Notes: generated by a model not told the origin, from the sequence alone. Counted from the stretch's first letter, positions 39,090 to 49,126 are shown. The stretch is DNA of 64,000 bases from Pseudomonadota bacterium (GCA_021325135.1 JAJPHT010000015.1:160001-224000), one strand, 5' to 3'. Made by a program: numbers and translations.

Positions 39090-39209
39090 GCCCCTCCCAT
39101 GGCGCCCCGCCTCCGTGAATCCTCCAGTGGAAGCAGCGGTCGGCCCCGCCGCGCTGGGGCAGGAGTTTAAGTCGATGCGACCGATTGCCCAGGCATCCGG
39201 GGTCCTCTG

Positions 39210-39944
39210 ATGCTCCACGCCCGCTGCAAGGCCGACGTTCTCAAGACGCTCATCGACGCCACGAGCACGCTGGTCGACGAGGTGAAGGTCCACGTCGCGG
39301 CCGAAGGGCTCTCGCTCAAGGCGGTCGACCCCGCGCACGTCGCCATGGTGGAGCTGACGCTCCGCGGCGCCGCGTTCCAGGAGTACAAGGCGGACGCCAT
39401 GGAGATGGGCGTCGACCTGGAGAAGTTCAAGGAGGTCCTCAAGCTGGCCTCCGGCGACGACGAGGTGGAGATGGACTTCGACCCCGCGGGCCACCGCCTC
39501 GTCATGAAGATCGGCAACGTCACGCGCCGCATGTCGCTGGTCGACACCAGCGGCATGAACGACCCCAAGGTCCCCAAGCTCGACCTGCCCGTCCACGTCA
39601 CCATCGCGCCGGGCGAGCTGGAGCGCGGCATCCGCGCCTCCGAGGCCATCGCCGACCACGTCGCGCTCATCGCCAACAAGGACACCTTCGAGCTTCTCGC
39701 CGAGGGCGACACGGACCAGGTCCACCTCAAGCTCGACAAGAGCATGCTCGCCGAGCTGAAGGCGAGCGAGAGCGCGAAGTCGCTCTTCTCCCTGGACTAC
39801 TTCGCCAACATGGTGAAGGCCGCCAAGGGGTCCCCCGGCATCCACCTCAACCTCGGGAACGACTACCCGGTGAAGATCGAGTTCGACCTGGCGGGCGGGA
39901 ACGGGCACGTGACCTACCTGCTCGCGCCGCGCATCGAGTCGTGA
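39210..39944 (+). CDS. pcn: DNA polymerase sliding clamp PCNA
   Basis: LVDEV, AVDPAHVAMV, SLFSLDY, LGNDYP, YLLAPRIE. Confidence 0.97.
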   Translation: MLHARCKADVLKTLIDATSTLVDEVKVHVAAEGLSLKAVDPAHVAMVELTLRGAAFQEYKADAMEMGVDLEKFKEVLKLASGDDEVEMDFDPAGHRLVMKIGNVTRRMSLVDTSGMNDPKVPKLDLPVHVTIAPGELERGIRASEAIADHVALIANKDTFELLAEGDTDQVHLKLDKSMLAELKASESAKSLFSLDYFANMVKAAKGSPGIHLNLGNDYPVKIEFDLAGGNGHVTYLLAPRIES

Positions 39945-39969
39945 GCTTTTCTTCTTCTTTGCGTTTCTC

Positions 39970-40104
39970 TTGGGGGACTCCGTCCCCCAAACCCCCACAA
40001 CACCCGAATCTCCGAATCAGCGCCGCGACAAACACTCGTGGGTGGTTTTCTCCTCGGTGATTCCGAGATTCGGGTCTCGCGGGGGTCTGGGGGCGGAGCC
40101 CCCA
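39970..40104. repeat. Inverted pair of family B REP-like palindromes (REPIN-like)
   Basis: TGGGGGACTCCGTCCCCCAAACCCCC..ACCCGAATCTCCGAATCA / TGATTCCGAGATTCGGGT..GGGGGTCTGGGGGCGGAGCCCCCA. Confidence 0.7.
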
Positions 40105-40205
40105 GGCGGATCCAGAGAGGACAACACCACGCCCACGTACACCGGCGGGATCGGCCTTTGTCGCACGTTCAAGCACGGCAGGCCGCTTGGCTGCCCGGGA
40201 TTCGC

Positions 40206-41033
40206 ATGGTCACCGCCTCTGCCACCTCCCGCGCGGCCTCCACCACCGGCATGGCCCGCTGGCCCGCGCACCGCATCGCGTCGGTCGCCGCCGCGCTTGT
40301 CATGGTCCTCATGTTCCCCCTCTTCACGGGGACGGAGTTCTTCGGCTTCGGCCCCGTGCCGTACTTCCTCGCCGCGTTCCTCGTCCTGGCCATCGCGCTC
40401 TGCTTCCCGTTGCGCGCGTGGATGCAGCGCACGGATCAGGTGCTCCTGGGGCTCCTGGGCCTCTTCTTCATGGGCGCCAACGCCTCGTTCGTCTTCCCTG
40501 AGCTGGCGCACCCCGAGCACTTCCCGGACTACGGCTTCTCCACGCTGGGCGTGGCCGCGGCCCTGGTGCTCGCGGCGGCCGCCGTCGCGGCGTTCATCCC
40601 CGCCTTGGGCCACCCGGCGCGCTGGGGAAGCTGGGGCGTCGCGGCGCTCCTCGTCCTCGCGGGCGTCTCCGTGGGCGCCACCGCCGCGATGTACGAGGAG
40701 CACGCCGTCCCCGCCGCGGGCGCCGGCAGCGTGCTGCTCACCCCCGACGTCACGCTGGAGGTCACGGCGCAGAACGCGCAGTTCTCCCCCGCCTCGCTGA
40801 CCCTGCCCGCGGGCAAGATCGTGAAGATCCACGTCACCAACGCCGATTCGGGCACGCACAACTTCCGCGTGGATGCGCTGGGCCTCGCCAGCGACCTGCT
40901 CGCCGGCAAGACGACGGACCTCTGGATCAGGACAGACAAGACGGGCACGTATCAGTTCTACTGCTCCATCCACAGCACGCAGAACGCGGACGGCACGTGG
41001 ACGGGCATGACGGGCACCCTCGTCGTGACGTGA
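40206..41033 (+). CDS. Multi-TM membrane protein with C-terminal cupredoxin domain
   Basis: About 5 TM helices, then FSPASLTLPAG..THNF..YQFYCSIH..GMTGTLVV. Confidence 0.82.
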   Translation: MVTASATSRAASTTGMARWPAHRIASVAAALVMVLMFPLFTGTEFFGFGPVPYFLAAFLVLAIALCFPLRAWMQRTDQVLLGLLGLFFMGANASFVFPELAHPEHFPDYGFSTLGVAAALVLAAAAVAAFIPALGHPARWGSWGVAALLVLAGVSVGATAAMYEEHAVPAAGAGSVLLTPDVTLEVTAQNAQFSPASLTLPAGKIVKIHVTNADSGTHNFRVDALGLASDLLAGKTTDLWIRTDKTGTYQFYCSIHSTQNADGTWTGMTGTLVVT

Positions 41034-41076
41034 CCTGGGCGAGGGGTCCAAGCACTGGCAGCGCCGATCCTCGCCG

Positions 41077-41994
41077 ATGGCCTCCGGCTTCGAGTCCGCG
41101 GTGCTGGGCTTCCTCCAGCACTACGGCTACGTGGCCCTCTTCGTGGTCCTCGCCCTGGAGACGGCGATGATCCTCCACTTCGTGCCGGGGGAGCTGATCG
41201 TCTCGGCGGCGACGGCCGCGCTGGCGCGCGATCCGCTCTCGCTGGCACTGGTCATCGCGGTGAGCACGGCGGGCGCCACCGCGGGCGCGTGGCTCCTCTT
41301 CTGGGCGACGCGCCGCGGCGGGCGCAAGCTCCTCGCGCGCCACGGCCGCTGGATCCACGCGACGCCCGAGCGCGTCGAGCGGCTGGAGCGCCTCTTCGCG
41401 AAGCCCGCGGGAGAGGTGCTCGTGTTCGTGGGCCGCCTGCTGCCCATCGCCCGCGCGGTCGTGAGCATCCCCGCGGGGCTCGCGAAGATGGACACGCGCA
41501 AGTTCCTCGTCTACAGCGCGGCGGGCAGCGCCATCATGAACGCGGCCATCGCGTACACGACCTACGCCGCGACGACGAACCCGCGCGTCGTCGCGTGGAT
41601 CGACGCGCAGACGGCCCACTGGCCCCTCTGGCTCCTGGGCGCCCTCGCGGTGGTCGCCGTCTCGTGGTGGGCGTGGCGGCGGCGCCACCTTCCGCCCGAG
41701 CACGTCGTGGGCCCGGCGTGGCGGGCGACCGCCGCGGCGCTCGTGGCGCTGGGCGCGCTCATCCTCGTCGCCGGCGTCGTGGCGCCCGCGCTCACCTACG
41801 ACGCGCTCACGCGCGTCGCGGACGACGCCAGCGCGGCCGCGCAGGCGCAGGGGGTGGCGCCCCTGGCGTTCATCGTCGCCTACGCGCTGGCCCTCGCGGG
41901 CCTGGGCCTGCTGGCGCTGGCGCTCACGGACTGGGTGAAGGAAGGGGTGGCCCGCGCGCGTGACATCATCACGCGGCGCGAGCCCAGGGCCTGA
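41077..41994 (+). CDS. DedA family membrane protein
   Basis: YGYVALF..LET..PGE, GRLLPIARAVVSIPAG. Confidence 0.88.
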   Translation: MASGFESAVLGFLQHYGYVALFVVLALETAMILHFVPGELIVSAATAALARDPLSLALVIAVSTAGATAGAWLLFWATRRGGRKLLARHGRWIHATPERVERLERLFAKPAGEVLVFVGRLLPIARAVVSIPAGLAKMDTRKFLVYSAAGSAIMNAAIAYTTYAATTNPRVVAWIDAQTAHWPLWLLGALAVVAVSWWAWRRRHLPPEHVVGPAWRATAAALVALGALILVAGVVAPALTYDALTRVADDASAAAQAQGVAPLAFIVAYALALAGLGLLALALTDWVKEGVARARDIITRREPRA

Positions 41995-43533
41995 TCAGGC
42001 GCTCGTGGGGACGTCCACGCTCACCGACACGTCGTAGACGCCCGGCTCGCGGTTGACGGCGTGCGCGAGGTCGCTCGTGCTGACTTGGAGCGCAAGCTGG
42101 TGGCCCGCGGGGAGCACGTAGTCGACGCCCACGAGGTCCACGTCCGCGACGCTCGCGCTGAAGGGCGAGACCGGCATGCGGAACGCCTGCGTCTGGCCGT
42201 CGAGCACCGTGCCGTCCGTCGCGTCCACGAGGCGGAAGAACAGGAACGCCTCGGTGCCGATGCCGGTCACGCTGAGGTGGACCTTGCCGATGCCGCTGAC
42301 CTCGGTGGCGTTCCCGGACGTCGCGATGGGCACGAGCCCGCTGGCGACGCCCTGCGCGTCGGTGACCTGGGGGATGGCGCCGCTGACGCCGCCCGCGCCG
42401 ATGCTGTACGAGCCGCCGCCCACGGGGGCCGGGACGGAGACAAGCTGGAGCGAGCCCGCGGCGTGGAGCCACGCCGCGTCGTGCGGGGGCCACGAGAGCG
42501 CGCCGTGCCACGCGCCGGTGTTGTCCTCCCACTGGACCGGGGGCCACAGGAGGCCCGAGGGCTCGCCCTTGAGCCAGAGGGAGAGCCACGCGACCGTGGC
42601 GTCGTCGACGCGGCTGCCGGGGCCCGCGTAGGGGCAGCCCGCGTGGCCGCCGCAGTAGAGCATCAGCTCCGCGGGCGTGCCGTGGGCGAGAAGGCCCTGC
42701 ACGTTGGCCATCGCCTCGTTGGCGTTGAACAGCGTGTCGGGGAGGCCCTGCGTGAAGAGGGCGGGCGCGCGGATGTGGCTCATCCACGCGGCGGCGCTGC
42801 GCTCGCGCAGGCCTTCAGAGACGTCGGGGGTCAGGCCGTTGACGGCGTGGACCTCGGCGTACCAGAGGGGGAGGTTGATATCATATCCCTGGGCCTGGGG
42901 GCCCGTGGGGTTGCCGGGCTCCAGGCCGTAGGCCTCGCCGGTGGCGGCGCCGGAGCCGAAGAGCACCGCGATCCACGCCTCCTTGGGCACGCCGCCGGGG
43001 CCGAGGCTCTGGCGCAGGTCGTTCCAGGTGATGTCGGGCACGATGGCGTCGATGCGCGAATCGAACGCCGCGGTGAGGAGCTGGATGCCGCCCGCGTAGG
43101 AGCCGCCCGCCATGCCCACGAGGGGATCGCCGTCCCGCTGCGCGATGAGGGGGCTTGCCGCGAGCATGTCGACGAGCGCGCTGGCGTCGCGCACCTCGTA
43201 GGCGGGGCTGTCAAGCTCGATGAAGCCGCCCGACTGGCCGAAGCCGCGGGAGTCCCACGTCACGACCGCGAAGCCCGCGTCCAGCAGGCGCCCGACCATG
43301 CCGCCCGTGCCGGTCTGGCGCGAGCCGGCCCAGCCGTGGGTCATGAGCACCGCGGGGACCGGGTGGTCCGCGCTGGCGCCCGCGGGCAGGAAGAGCGTGT
43401 AGACGATGGGCGTGCCGTCGAAGGAGTTCAGGACGCCGGTGGTGACGCTGGCGTCGGCCTGCGCCGCCGGGGCGAGGGCGGGCGCCGCGAGGGCCGCGAC
43501 GAGGGCGAGGGCCGTGAACGGGACGATTCGCAT
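41995..43533 (-). CDS. Secreted CocE/NonD (peptidase S15-like) alpha/beta hydrolase
   Basis: SFDGTPI, HGWAGSR, WDSRGFGQSGG, nucleophile GGSYAGG. Confidence 0.88.
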   Translation of the reverse strand: MRIVPFTALALVAALAAPALAPAAQADASVTTGVLNSFDGTPIVYTLFLPAGASADHPVPAVLMTHGWAGSRQTGTGGMVGRLLDAGFAVVTWDSRGFGQSGGFIELDSPAYEVRDASALVDMLAASPLIAQRDGDPLVGMAGGSYAGGIQLLTAAFDSRIDAIVPDITWNDLRQSLGPGGVPKEAWIAVLFGSGAATGEAYGLEPGNPTGPQAQGYDINLPLWYAEVHAVNGLTPDVSEGLRERSAAAWMSHIRAPALFTQGLPDTLFNANEAMANVQGLLAHGTPAELMLYCGGHAGCPYAGPGSRVDDATVAWLSLWLKGEPSGLLWPPVQWEDNTGAWHGALSWPPHDAAWLHAAGSLQLVSVPAPVGGGSYSIGAGGVSGAIPQVTDAQGVASGLVPIATSGNATEVSGIGKVHLSVTGIGTEAFLFFRLVDATDGTVLDGQTQAFRMPVSPFSASVADVDLVGVDYVLPAGHQLALQVSTSDLAHAVNREPGVYDVSVSVDVPTSA

Positions 43534-43600
43534 GGGAGCCTCCAGGCGGGCCACGCCGTGGGGGGGCCTTGAACCTTCTCCGTAGCGCCTTGTCGGGGGC

Positions 43601-44644
43601 TCAGCCGCCCCTCCTCTTGCGCTCCACGTTGTGGGCCGCCTCGCGGTGGGCGCGCCCGAAGGAGCGCTTCGCCTCCTCCCGGAGACGCCGGGCGAGCCCC
43701 TCGTCCCGCCGCGCCGCGGCCCGCAGCGCCTCGCGCCGCAGCTTGCGCCACGCCTCCAGCCGCGCGGGCTCCACGGCGCCGCGCACCGCGCAGCCAGGCT
43801 CTGTGCCGTGCGCGCAATCCCGGAAGCGGCACCCCGTGGCCAGGGCGTCGACCTCCTCGAACGCGTCTGCGAGGCCCTCCTCGCCGACGAGCCCCACCTC
43901 GCGCAGGCCCGGCGTGTCCAGGAGCGCGCCGCCTCCCGGAAGCGGCACCATCTCGCGCCAGGTCGTCGTGTGCCGCCCCTTGCGGTCGCCCTCCCGCACC
44001 TCGCCCGTCGCCAGGAGGTCCTCGCCCAGGAGCGCGTTGGCGAGGCTCGACTTCCCCGCGCCGGAGGGCCCCACCAGGGCAAGGGTCCTCGCCGGCCGCG
44101 CCAACGCGCGAAGCCCCTCCAGGCCGAGCCCCGCCCGCGCGCTGGTCACGAGCACGGGCGCGCCCAGGGGCTCCGCCTCGCGCCGCGCCGCCTCGGGGTC
44201 CGCGCAGGCGTCCGCCTTGGTGAGCGCGACGACGGGCTGCGCGCCGCCGCCGTGCGCGAGGGCGAGCACGCGCTCCAGCCGGCGCAGGTTCAGGGGCGCG
44301 TCCAGCGCGGCCACCGCCACGAGGGCGTCCACGTGGGCCGCGACCACCTGCTCCTCGCCTTCGGCGCCGGCCGCGCGCCGCGCGATCACGCCGCGGCGCG
44401 GCAGCAAGGCGTGGATCGCCCAGCCGCCCAGGCCGTCGGGCCTCCCCGCGACCCAGTCTCCGGTGACGGGCCGCTGGCCGCGCAGGCGCCCGGCGGCGCG
44501 CGCCTCGCGCTCGCCCTCCCGGGTCGCGACGCGCCAGCGCGTGCGCTCCTGCCTCGTCACGCGGGCGGGCTCCAGCGCGGGGTCGTCCAGGTCGTCAAGG
44601 TGCTTCTGGAGGCTGGCCTTCCAGCCGAGGGGTTCGAGGGACAT
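43601..44644 (-). CDS. rsgA: Ribosome small subunit-dependent GTPase A (bacterial type)
   Basis: PVTGDWV, TKAD, GPSGAGKSS, GRHTTT, DTPG, CRFRDCAHGTEPGC (permuted G4-G1-G3 plus Zn finger). Confidence 0.93.
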   Translation of the reverse strand: MSLEPLGWKASLQKHLDDLDDPALEPARVTRQERTRWRVATREGEREARAAGRLRGQRPVTGDWVAGRPDGLGGWAIHALLPRRGVIARRAAGAEGEEQVVAAHVDALVAVAALDAPLNLRRLERVLALAHGGGAQPVVALTKADACADPEAARREAEPLGAPVLVTSARAGLGLEGLRALARPARTLALVGPSGAGKSSLANALLGEDLLATGEVREGDRKGRHTTTWREMVPLPGGGALLDTPGLREVGLVGEEGLADAFEEVDALATGCRFRDCAHGTEPGCAVRGAVEPARLEAWRKLRREALRAAARRDEGLARRLREEAKRSFGRAHREAAHNVERKRRGG

Positions 44645-44737
44645 GGTGGGGTCTCCGCTTCGGTCGACGCGAAAAAGCGGGCCCGTGGAGGCGCGTCCGC
44701 TGGGGCCACGAGGATGGGACCGGCCCGCGCCTGCGAT

Positions 44738-44791
44738 TCACGCCGCGCGAAGGGCGGGGCCGGGGATGCGCGCCACGTCAAAGCCGGACAT
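44738..44791 (-). CDS. Candidate 17-aa leader peptide upstream of rsgA (MSGFDVARIPGPALRAA)
   Basis: SD-like AGGTGGTG before ATG; followed by a GCGGGCC..GGCCCGC-TTTTT hairpin. Confidence 0.35.
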   Translation of the reverse strand: MSGFDVARIPGPALRAA

Positions 44792-44907
44792 CAAGGACCA
44801 CCACCTGTGGGGCTTCCCAGGCGATAGGCCTGGATGAGGGTTTCGAGTGGCCGATCCGCGCGCGGCTTCGCGGGAAAAGCCATGATCCCTTCGCTGGGTG
44901 CCGGCCC

Positions 44908-45990
44908 GTGCGAGCCCCCGTCCTGCTTCTTGTCGCCTGCCTCCTTCCTTTCACCCCGGTCCCCGGGGCCCGCGCTGACCCGACCCCCGGAAGCGACGCG
45001 GCCCACGCCATCGTGATCGGCCCTGGCGACACCACCGGCGTCCTGGCCGCGGACCAGCCTTCGATCTGGTACGCCGTGGACACGCCCGCCGGCGAGGGCG
45101 CGATGGGGAGCGTCGCCGCCACCGACGGCTCCAGCCCGTGCCTGCAGGTCCTGGGCGCCGGCGCCAACGACTTCGCGCAGGAGTGCGGGGCCCCCGTGGG
45201 CGCGGGCAACGGCGGACGCGTCTATTTCGTGGTGTTCACCTGGGGCGGCGCGTCCAGCTTCACCCTCACGGTCCGCCAAGGGCCGCTTCCGCTTTTCCAG
45301 GTGACGGGGTTTGACGTGGTCCCCACCGCGACCGGGCCCGTGCCCGACGCGCATCGGGAGGTGCGGCTCACGATCGAGAATCTCGGGGACGCAGACGGCG
45401 TCATGGCGGTCGAGGTCCGCGCGTGGGCGCACAGCCTCAACTTCCAGACCGGGACCGTGGTCGTCGATCGCGTTCCGGTCGCGGTGTCCGCCCACTCGGT
45501 CGTCCACGCCAGGTGGACGTGGGACGCCAGCCCCTACGTCGGGCGCGTGGACCTGAGCGAGGCCGCCCACGCCGACGTCGCGCAACGCGACCACGTCCAG
45601 GAAGAGCGAGCCGCCACCTCGGTCCTCCTCCCGGACGAGGGCCTCGGAGTCGAGCAGCCCCTCATCGTCAATCCCATGGGGGACGCGAGCGGGGGCTACG
45701 TCACCGTGAGCGGGACGGGCGATGCCCGCGGGGACAATTACGTCGTGAGCGGCACGGGAGACGCGACGGCGTGCCCTGGAGGCGGATCCTGGGGCTCGTG
45801 CTTCGCGGTGGGCGGCCACGACGCGTCGGCCTGCGAAGGGGGCGATCATTTCGAATCGGACTGCGAGGCGATCGCGCTGACGGGAGAGGCGCGCAGCTGC
45901 CAGGACGACTTCTTCGCGCCCTGCGGGAGCTTCAGCCTGGCCGATGGCGGCGGCTGCCTCGAAAGGCTATGCACGCCCACCCTCCCGTGA
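44908..45990 (+). CDS. Secreted hypothetical protein with Cys-rich C-terminus
   Basis: Signal peptide, CARDB/Ig-like middle (LTIENLG), VSGTGDA repeats, 8 Cys in the tail. Confidence 0.7.
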   Translation: MRAPVLLLVACLLPFTPVPGARADPTPGSDAAHAIVIGPGDTTGVLAADQPSIWYAVDTPAGEGAMGSVAATDGSSPCLQVLGAGANDFAQECGAPVGAGNGGRVYFVVFTWGGASSFTLTVRQGPLPLFQVTGFDVVPTATGPVPDAHREVRLTIENLGDADGVMAVEVRAWAHSLNFQTGTVVVDRVPVAVSAHSVVHARWTWDASPYVGRVDLSEAAHADVAQRDHVQEERAATSVLLPDEGLGVEQPLIVNPMGDASGGYVTVSGTGDARGDNYVVSGTGDATACPGGGSWGSCFAVGGHDASACEGGDHFESDCEAIALTGEARSCQDDFFAPCGSFSLADGGGCLERLCTPTLP

Positions 45991-46043
45991 TGGGCAAGCG
46001 CGCCCCCACAACCTTTTAGAACGCCCCGCCGGGCTCCGGGACC

Positions 46044-47753
46044 GTGCGCCCCCTCCTGCTGGCCCTCGCCGCGGCCCTCCTCACCCCGGCCCTCGCGGGC
46101 TGCCTCACGCCGGGGGGGACCACCGCGCCGTCCAACGCCTCGGCGCTCCTCTCGCCCATCCAGTTCCCGTCCATCAAGAAGGAGCAGGCGCTCGTCGCCA
46201 TGGCCGACGGCGTGAAGCTGGACAACTGGGTCTACCGCCCCGACGCGCCCGGGCAGTTCCCCGTCATCATCGAGAGCCGCCCCTACTTCGGCAACCTCGA
46301 TCCCCCGGCGCAGGAGGAGGGGCAGAAGTTCAGCAAGTGGCTCATCCACGAGTTCGTCCCCCGCGGCTACGTCGTCGTCCTGCACAGCGTCCGCGGCACG
46401 GGCGACTCGGGCGGCTGCTACGGCCAGGGCGGCATCACCGAGCAGAAGGACGAGGCCGCCACCGTGGAGGCGTTCGCCAAGATGCCCTACAGCGACGGCA
46501 AGGTGGGCATGATCGGCAAGTCCTACGGCGGGACCACGCCCTGGGAGGCCGCGGTGCAGGCGCCGCCGCACCTCGTGACCATCGTCCCCGTCTCGGGCAT
46601 CACCGAGTGGTACCTCTACGTCGCGAGCCACGGCGTGTGGTACGACTCGGGCACGCAGTTCAACGAGGAGTACCCCTTCACCATCAGCTTCCACGCCGAC
46701 CCCACCGGCGCGGACCCCAACGACCCCACCTCGTTCCTGCCGCCGCAGTCGCAGCTTTCCCACTACCCCGAGAAGGTCTGCCAGGACTTCGCGCAGGACG
46801 AGGCCGCCGGCGCCTCGGGCGCCAGCACCGGCGACGAGGACGCGTTCTGGCAGGAGCGCGACTACCAGACCGACGCGCAGATCGCCAAGATCGACAAGGC
46901 CAACGTCTCGGTCTACGTCGTCCACGGGCTCCAGGACTGGAACGTCAAGCCCGACAACGTCGTGGACGTCTACAACAAGCTCGCCGTGCCCAAGCACATG
47001 CAGCTTGGCCAGTGGGACCACCAGTATCCGCTGCGCAACGACTGGGGCACGGAGCTCCTGCGCTGGTTCGACTACTGGCTCAAGGGCGTGAAGAACGGCA
47101 TCATGGACGAGCCGCCCGTGAAGCTCATGGACAGCGCGGGCGTCTGGCACGACGAGATGGACTTCCCCGAGTCGCGCGCCGTGAACCTCACGCTGCATCC
47201 GGACGACAAGGGCGCCCTCGCCGAGTCCGCCCCCAAGGGCTCCATGACCTACGTCTCCAGCCCGGCCACCTCCGCCAACGACGCCGCGCCCGGCCAGGAC
47301 AAGCTCGTCTGGGCCGGCGCCGCGGAGGCCTCCACGCTGCGCGTCTCTGGCGCGCCGTGGCTCGCCTTCAACGCCACCATCACCGGGCCCAACGCGCAGT
47401 TCGTCGCGACGCTCTATGATATCAACGGCTCGACGTGGACCGCCATCAACTGGGCCCACCTCGACGCGCGGCACCGCGACGGCGCGGACAAGCCCTCCAC
47501 CTCGCCCCAGATGGGCGCGGGCTCGTTCCGCCTGCGCTTCTACCCCATGGACGCGGAGATCGCGCCGGGCCACAAGCTGGGCCTCACCCTCGCGGGCGCG
47601 GGCGGCTTCGCGGCGCCGGGCCAAGGCACCACGGCGCAGGTGGAGGTCGAGACGGGCACCGCCGCGCTGACGCTCCCCACGCTCCCCTCCATCGCGCCCG
47701 AGTCTCCGCAGCCCACCATGGCGAAGGCCGCGGACCTGGGCTGGACGAGCTGA
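46044..47753 (+). CDS. CocE/NonD / X-Pro dipeptidyl-peptidase (S15) lipoprotein
   Basis: Lipobox LAGC, VRGTGDSGGC, GKSYGG, HGLQDWNVKP, GQWDH. Confidence 0.9.
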   Translation: MRPLLLALAAALLTPALAGCLTPGGTTAPSNASALLSPIQFPSIKKEQALVAMADGVKLDNWVYRPDAPGQFPVIIESRPYFGNLDPPAQEEGQKFSKWLIHEFVPRGYVVVLHSVRGTGDSGGCYGQGGITEQKDEAATVEAFAKMPYSDGKVGMIGKSYGGTTPWEAAVQAPPHLVTIVPVSGITEWYLYVASHGVWYDSGTQFNEEYPFTISFHADPTGADPNDPTSFLPPQSQLSHYPEKVCQDFAQDEAAGASGASTGDEDAFWQERDYQTDAQIAKIDKANVSVYVVHGLQDWNVKPDNVVDVYNKLAVPKHMQLGQWDHQYPLRNDWGTELLRWFDYWLKGVKNGIMDEPPVKLMDSAGVWHDEMDFPESRAVNLTLHPDDKGALAESAPKGSMTYVSSPATSANDAAPGQDKLVWAGAAEASTLRVSGAPWLAFNATITGPNAQFVATLYDINGSTWTAINWAHLDARHRDGADKPSTSPQMGAGSFRLRFYPMDAEIAPGHKLGLTLAGAGGFAAPGQGTTAQVEVETGTAALTLPTLPSIAPESPQPTMAKAADLGWTS

Positions 47754-47761
47754 GGGCATGC

Positions 47762-49126
47762 ATGCGTCGCGCGCTGGCCCTCCTCCTCGTCGCGCTGACG
47801 CTGGGCTGCGCTGCGCCCGCCGCGCGCCACGAGGCGGAGGCGCCCGTCGTCGCGGCCCGCGCGCCCGATCCGACCCCGGCAAGCCCGACCCCGGAGGCGC
47901 CCACGCCTGCGCCCCAGCCCGCGGCGCCCCCCGCGCCGGAGGCGCCCGCGTTCCGCCGCCACGTCTCGCCCGCCGGCAAGGCGGACGACGCGGGCGAGCC
48001 CTCCCTCGGCGTCGACCCGCGCAACGGCGCCGTGCTCTACCAGGCGAACCTGGAGACGTTCCGCGTGGACCTGGCCAACGACTCGTGGACCTCCGTGGCG
48101 CCGCTCACGACGACGCTTCACAGCGAGGACCCCATCCTGGCGGTCGATCCGTTCACCGGGCGCGTGTACGTCTCGCAGCTCATGGCGGACTGCAGCATCC
48201 TCGCGTGGAGCGACGACGACGGCGCGACGTGGACCACGAACCCGCTGGGCTGCGGCGCGGGCACCGGCTTCGACCACCAGACCGTGGGCGGCGGCCCCTT
48301 CGCCGCGGGCGTGACGCCCCTGGGCGGCGCCAAGGACGCGCTCTACTACTGCTCCCACGACACCGTGACGACCTCCTGCGCCGCGTCGCGCGACGGCGGG
48401 CTCACCTTCCTGCCCGCGGTCCCCGTGAACACGGCCGCCACGTGCGACGTCACGGGGCCGGGCCACGTCCGGGTGGGGCGCGACGGCACGGTCTACCTCC
48501 CGGAGCGCGCGTGCCACGGCAGCCAGGACCAGGGCTTCGCCCTCTCCACCGACGGCGGCGTGACGTGGACGCAGCGCTTCCTCGCGGGCGTCGGCAGCCA
48601 GGGGGAGAGCGACGCCAGCCTCGCGCTGGACGCGACGGACAAGATCTACTTCTGCTTCGAGGGCGGAGACGGGCACGCGGGCGTCGCCACCACGGTCGAC
48701 CGCGGCAAGACGTGGTCCAAGCCCGTCGACCTGGGCGCGCCCTTCGGGCTCCAGAACACGCAGTTCGAGGTCGCCGTCGCGGGCGCCGCCGGCAAGGCCG
48801 CGTGCGCGTTCCTGGGCACGCCCACGCCGGGAGACGACCAGGCCGCCGAGTTCAACGGCACGTGGCGCCTCTACGTCGCGTTCACCTGGGACGGAGGCGC
48901 CAACTGGACCACCCTCGACGCGACGCCCGACGACGTCGTGCAGCAGGGCTGCATCTACCTCTTCGGCAACTTCGGCCCGCCCTGCCGCAACCTCTACGAC
49001 TTCATGGACGCCGCCGTGCTCCCCGACGGGCGCGTGCTGGTGGGCTACGCCGACGGCGACGTGGACGGCCGGCAGGCGACGAAGGGCGTCATCGCCGAGC
49101 AGGTCGCGGGACCCGGGCTGCGGTGA
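47762..49126 (+). CDS. BNR/Asp-box (sialidase-like) lipoprotein, paralog of 3722-5188
   Basis: Lipobox TLGC; SDDDGATW, SRDGGLTF, STDGGVTW, TWDGGANW. Confidence 0.82.
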   Translation: MRRALALLLVALTLGCAAPAARHEAEAPVVAARAPDPTPASPTPEAPTPAPQPAAPPAPEAPAFRRHVSPAGKADDAGEPSLGVDPRNGAVLYQANLETFRVDLANDSWTSVAPLTTTLHSEDPILAVDPFTGRVYVSQLMADCSILAWSDDDGATWTTNPLGCGAGTGFDHQTVGGGPFAAGVTPLGGAKDALYYCSHDTVTTSCAASRDGGLTFLPAVPVNTAATCDVTGPGHVRVGRDGTVYLPERACHGSQDQGFALSTDGGVTWTQRFLAGVGSQGESDASLALDATDKIYFCFEGGDGHAGVATTVDRGKTWSKPVDLGAPFGLQNTQFEVAVAGAAGKAACAFLGTPTPGDDQAAEFNGTWRLYVAFTWDGGANWTTLDATPDDVVQQGCIYLFGNFGPPCRNLYDFMDAAVLPDGRVLVGYADGDVDGRQATKGVIAEQVAGPGLR

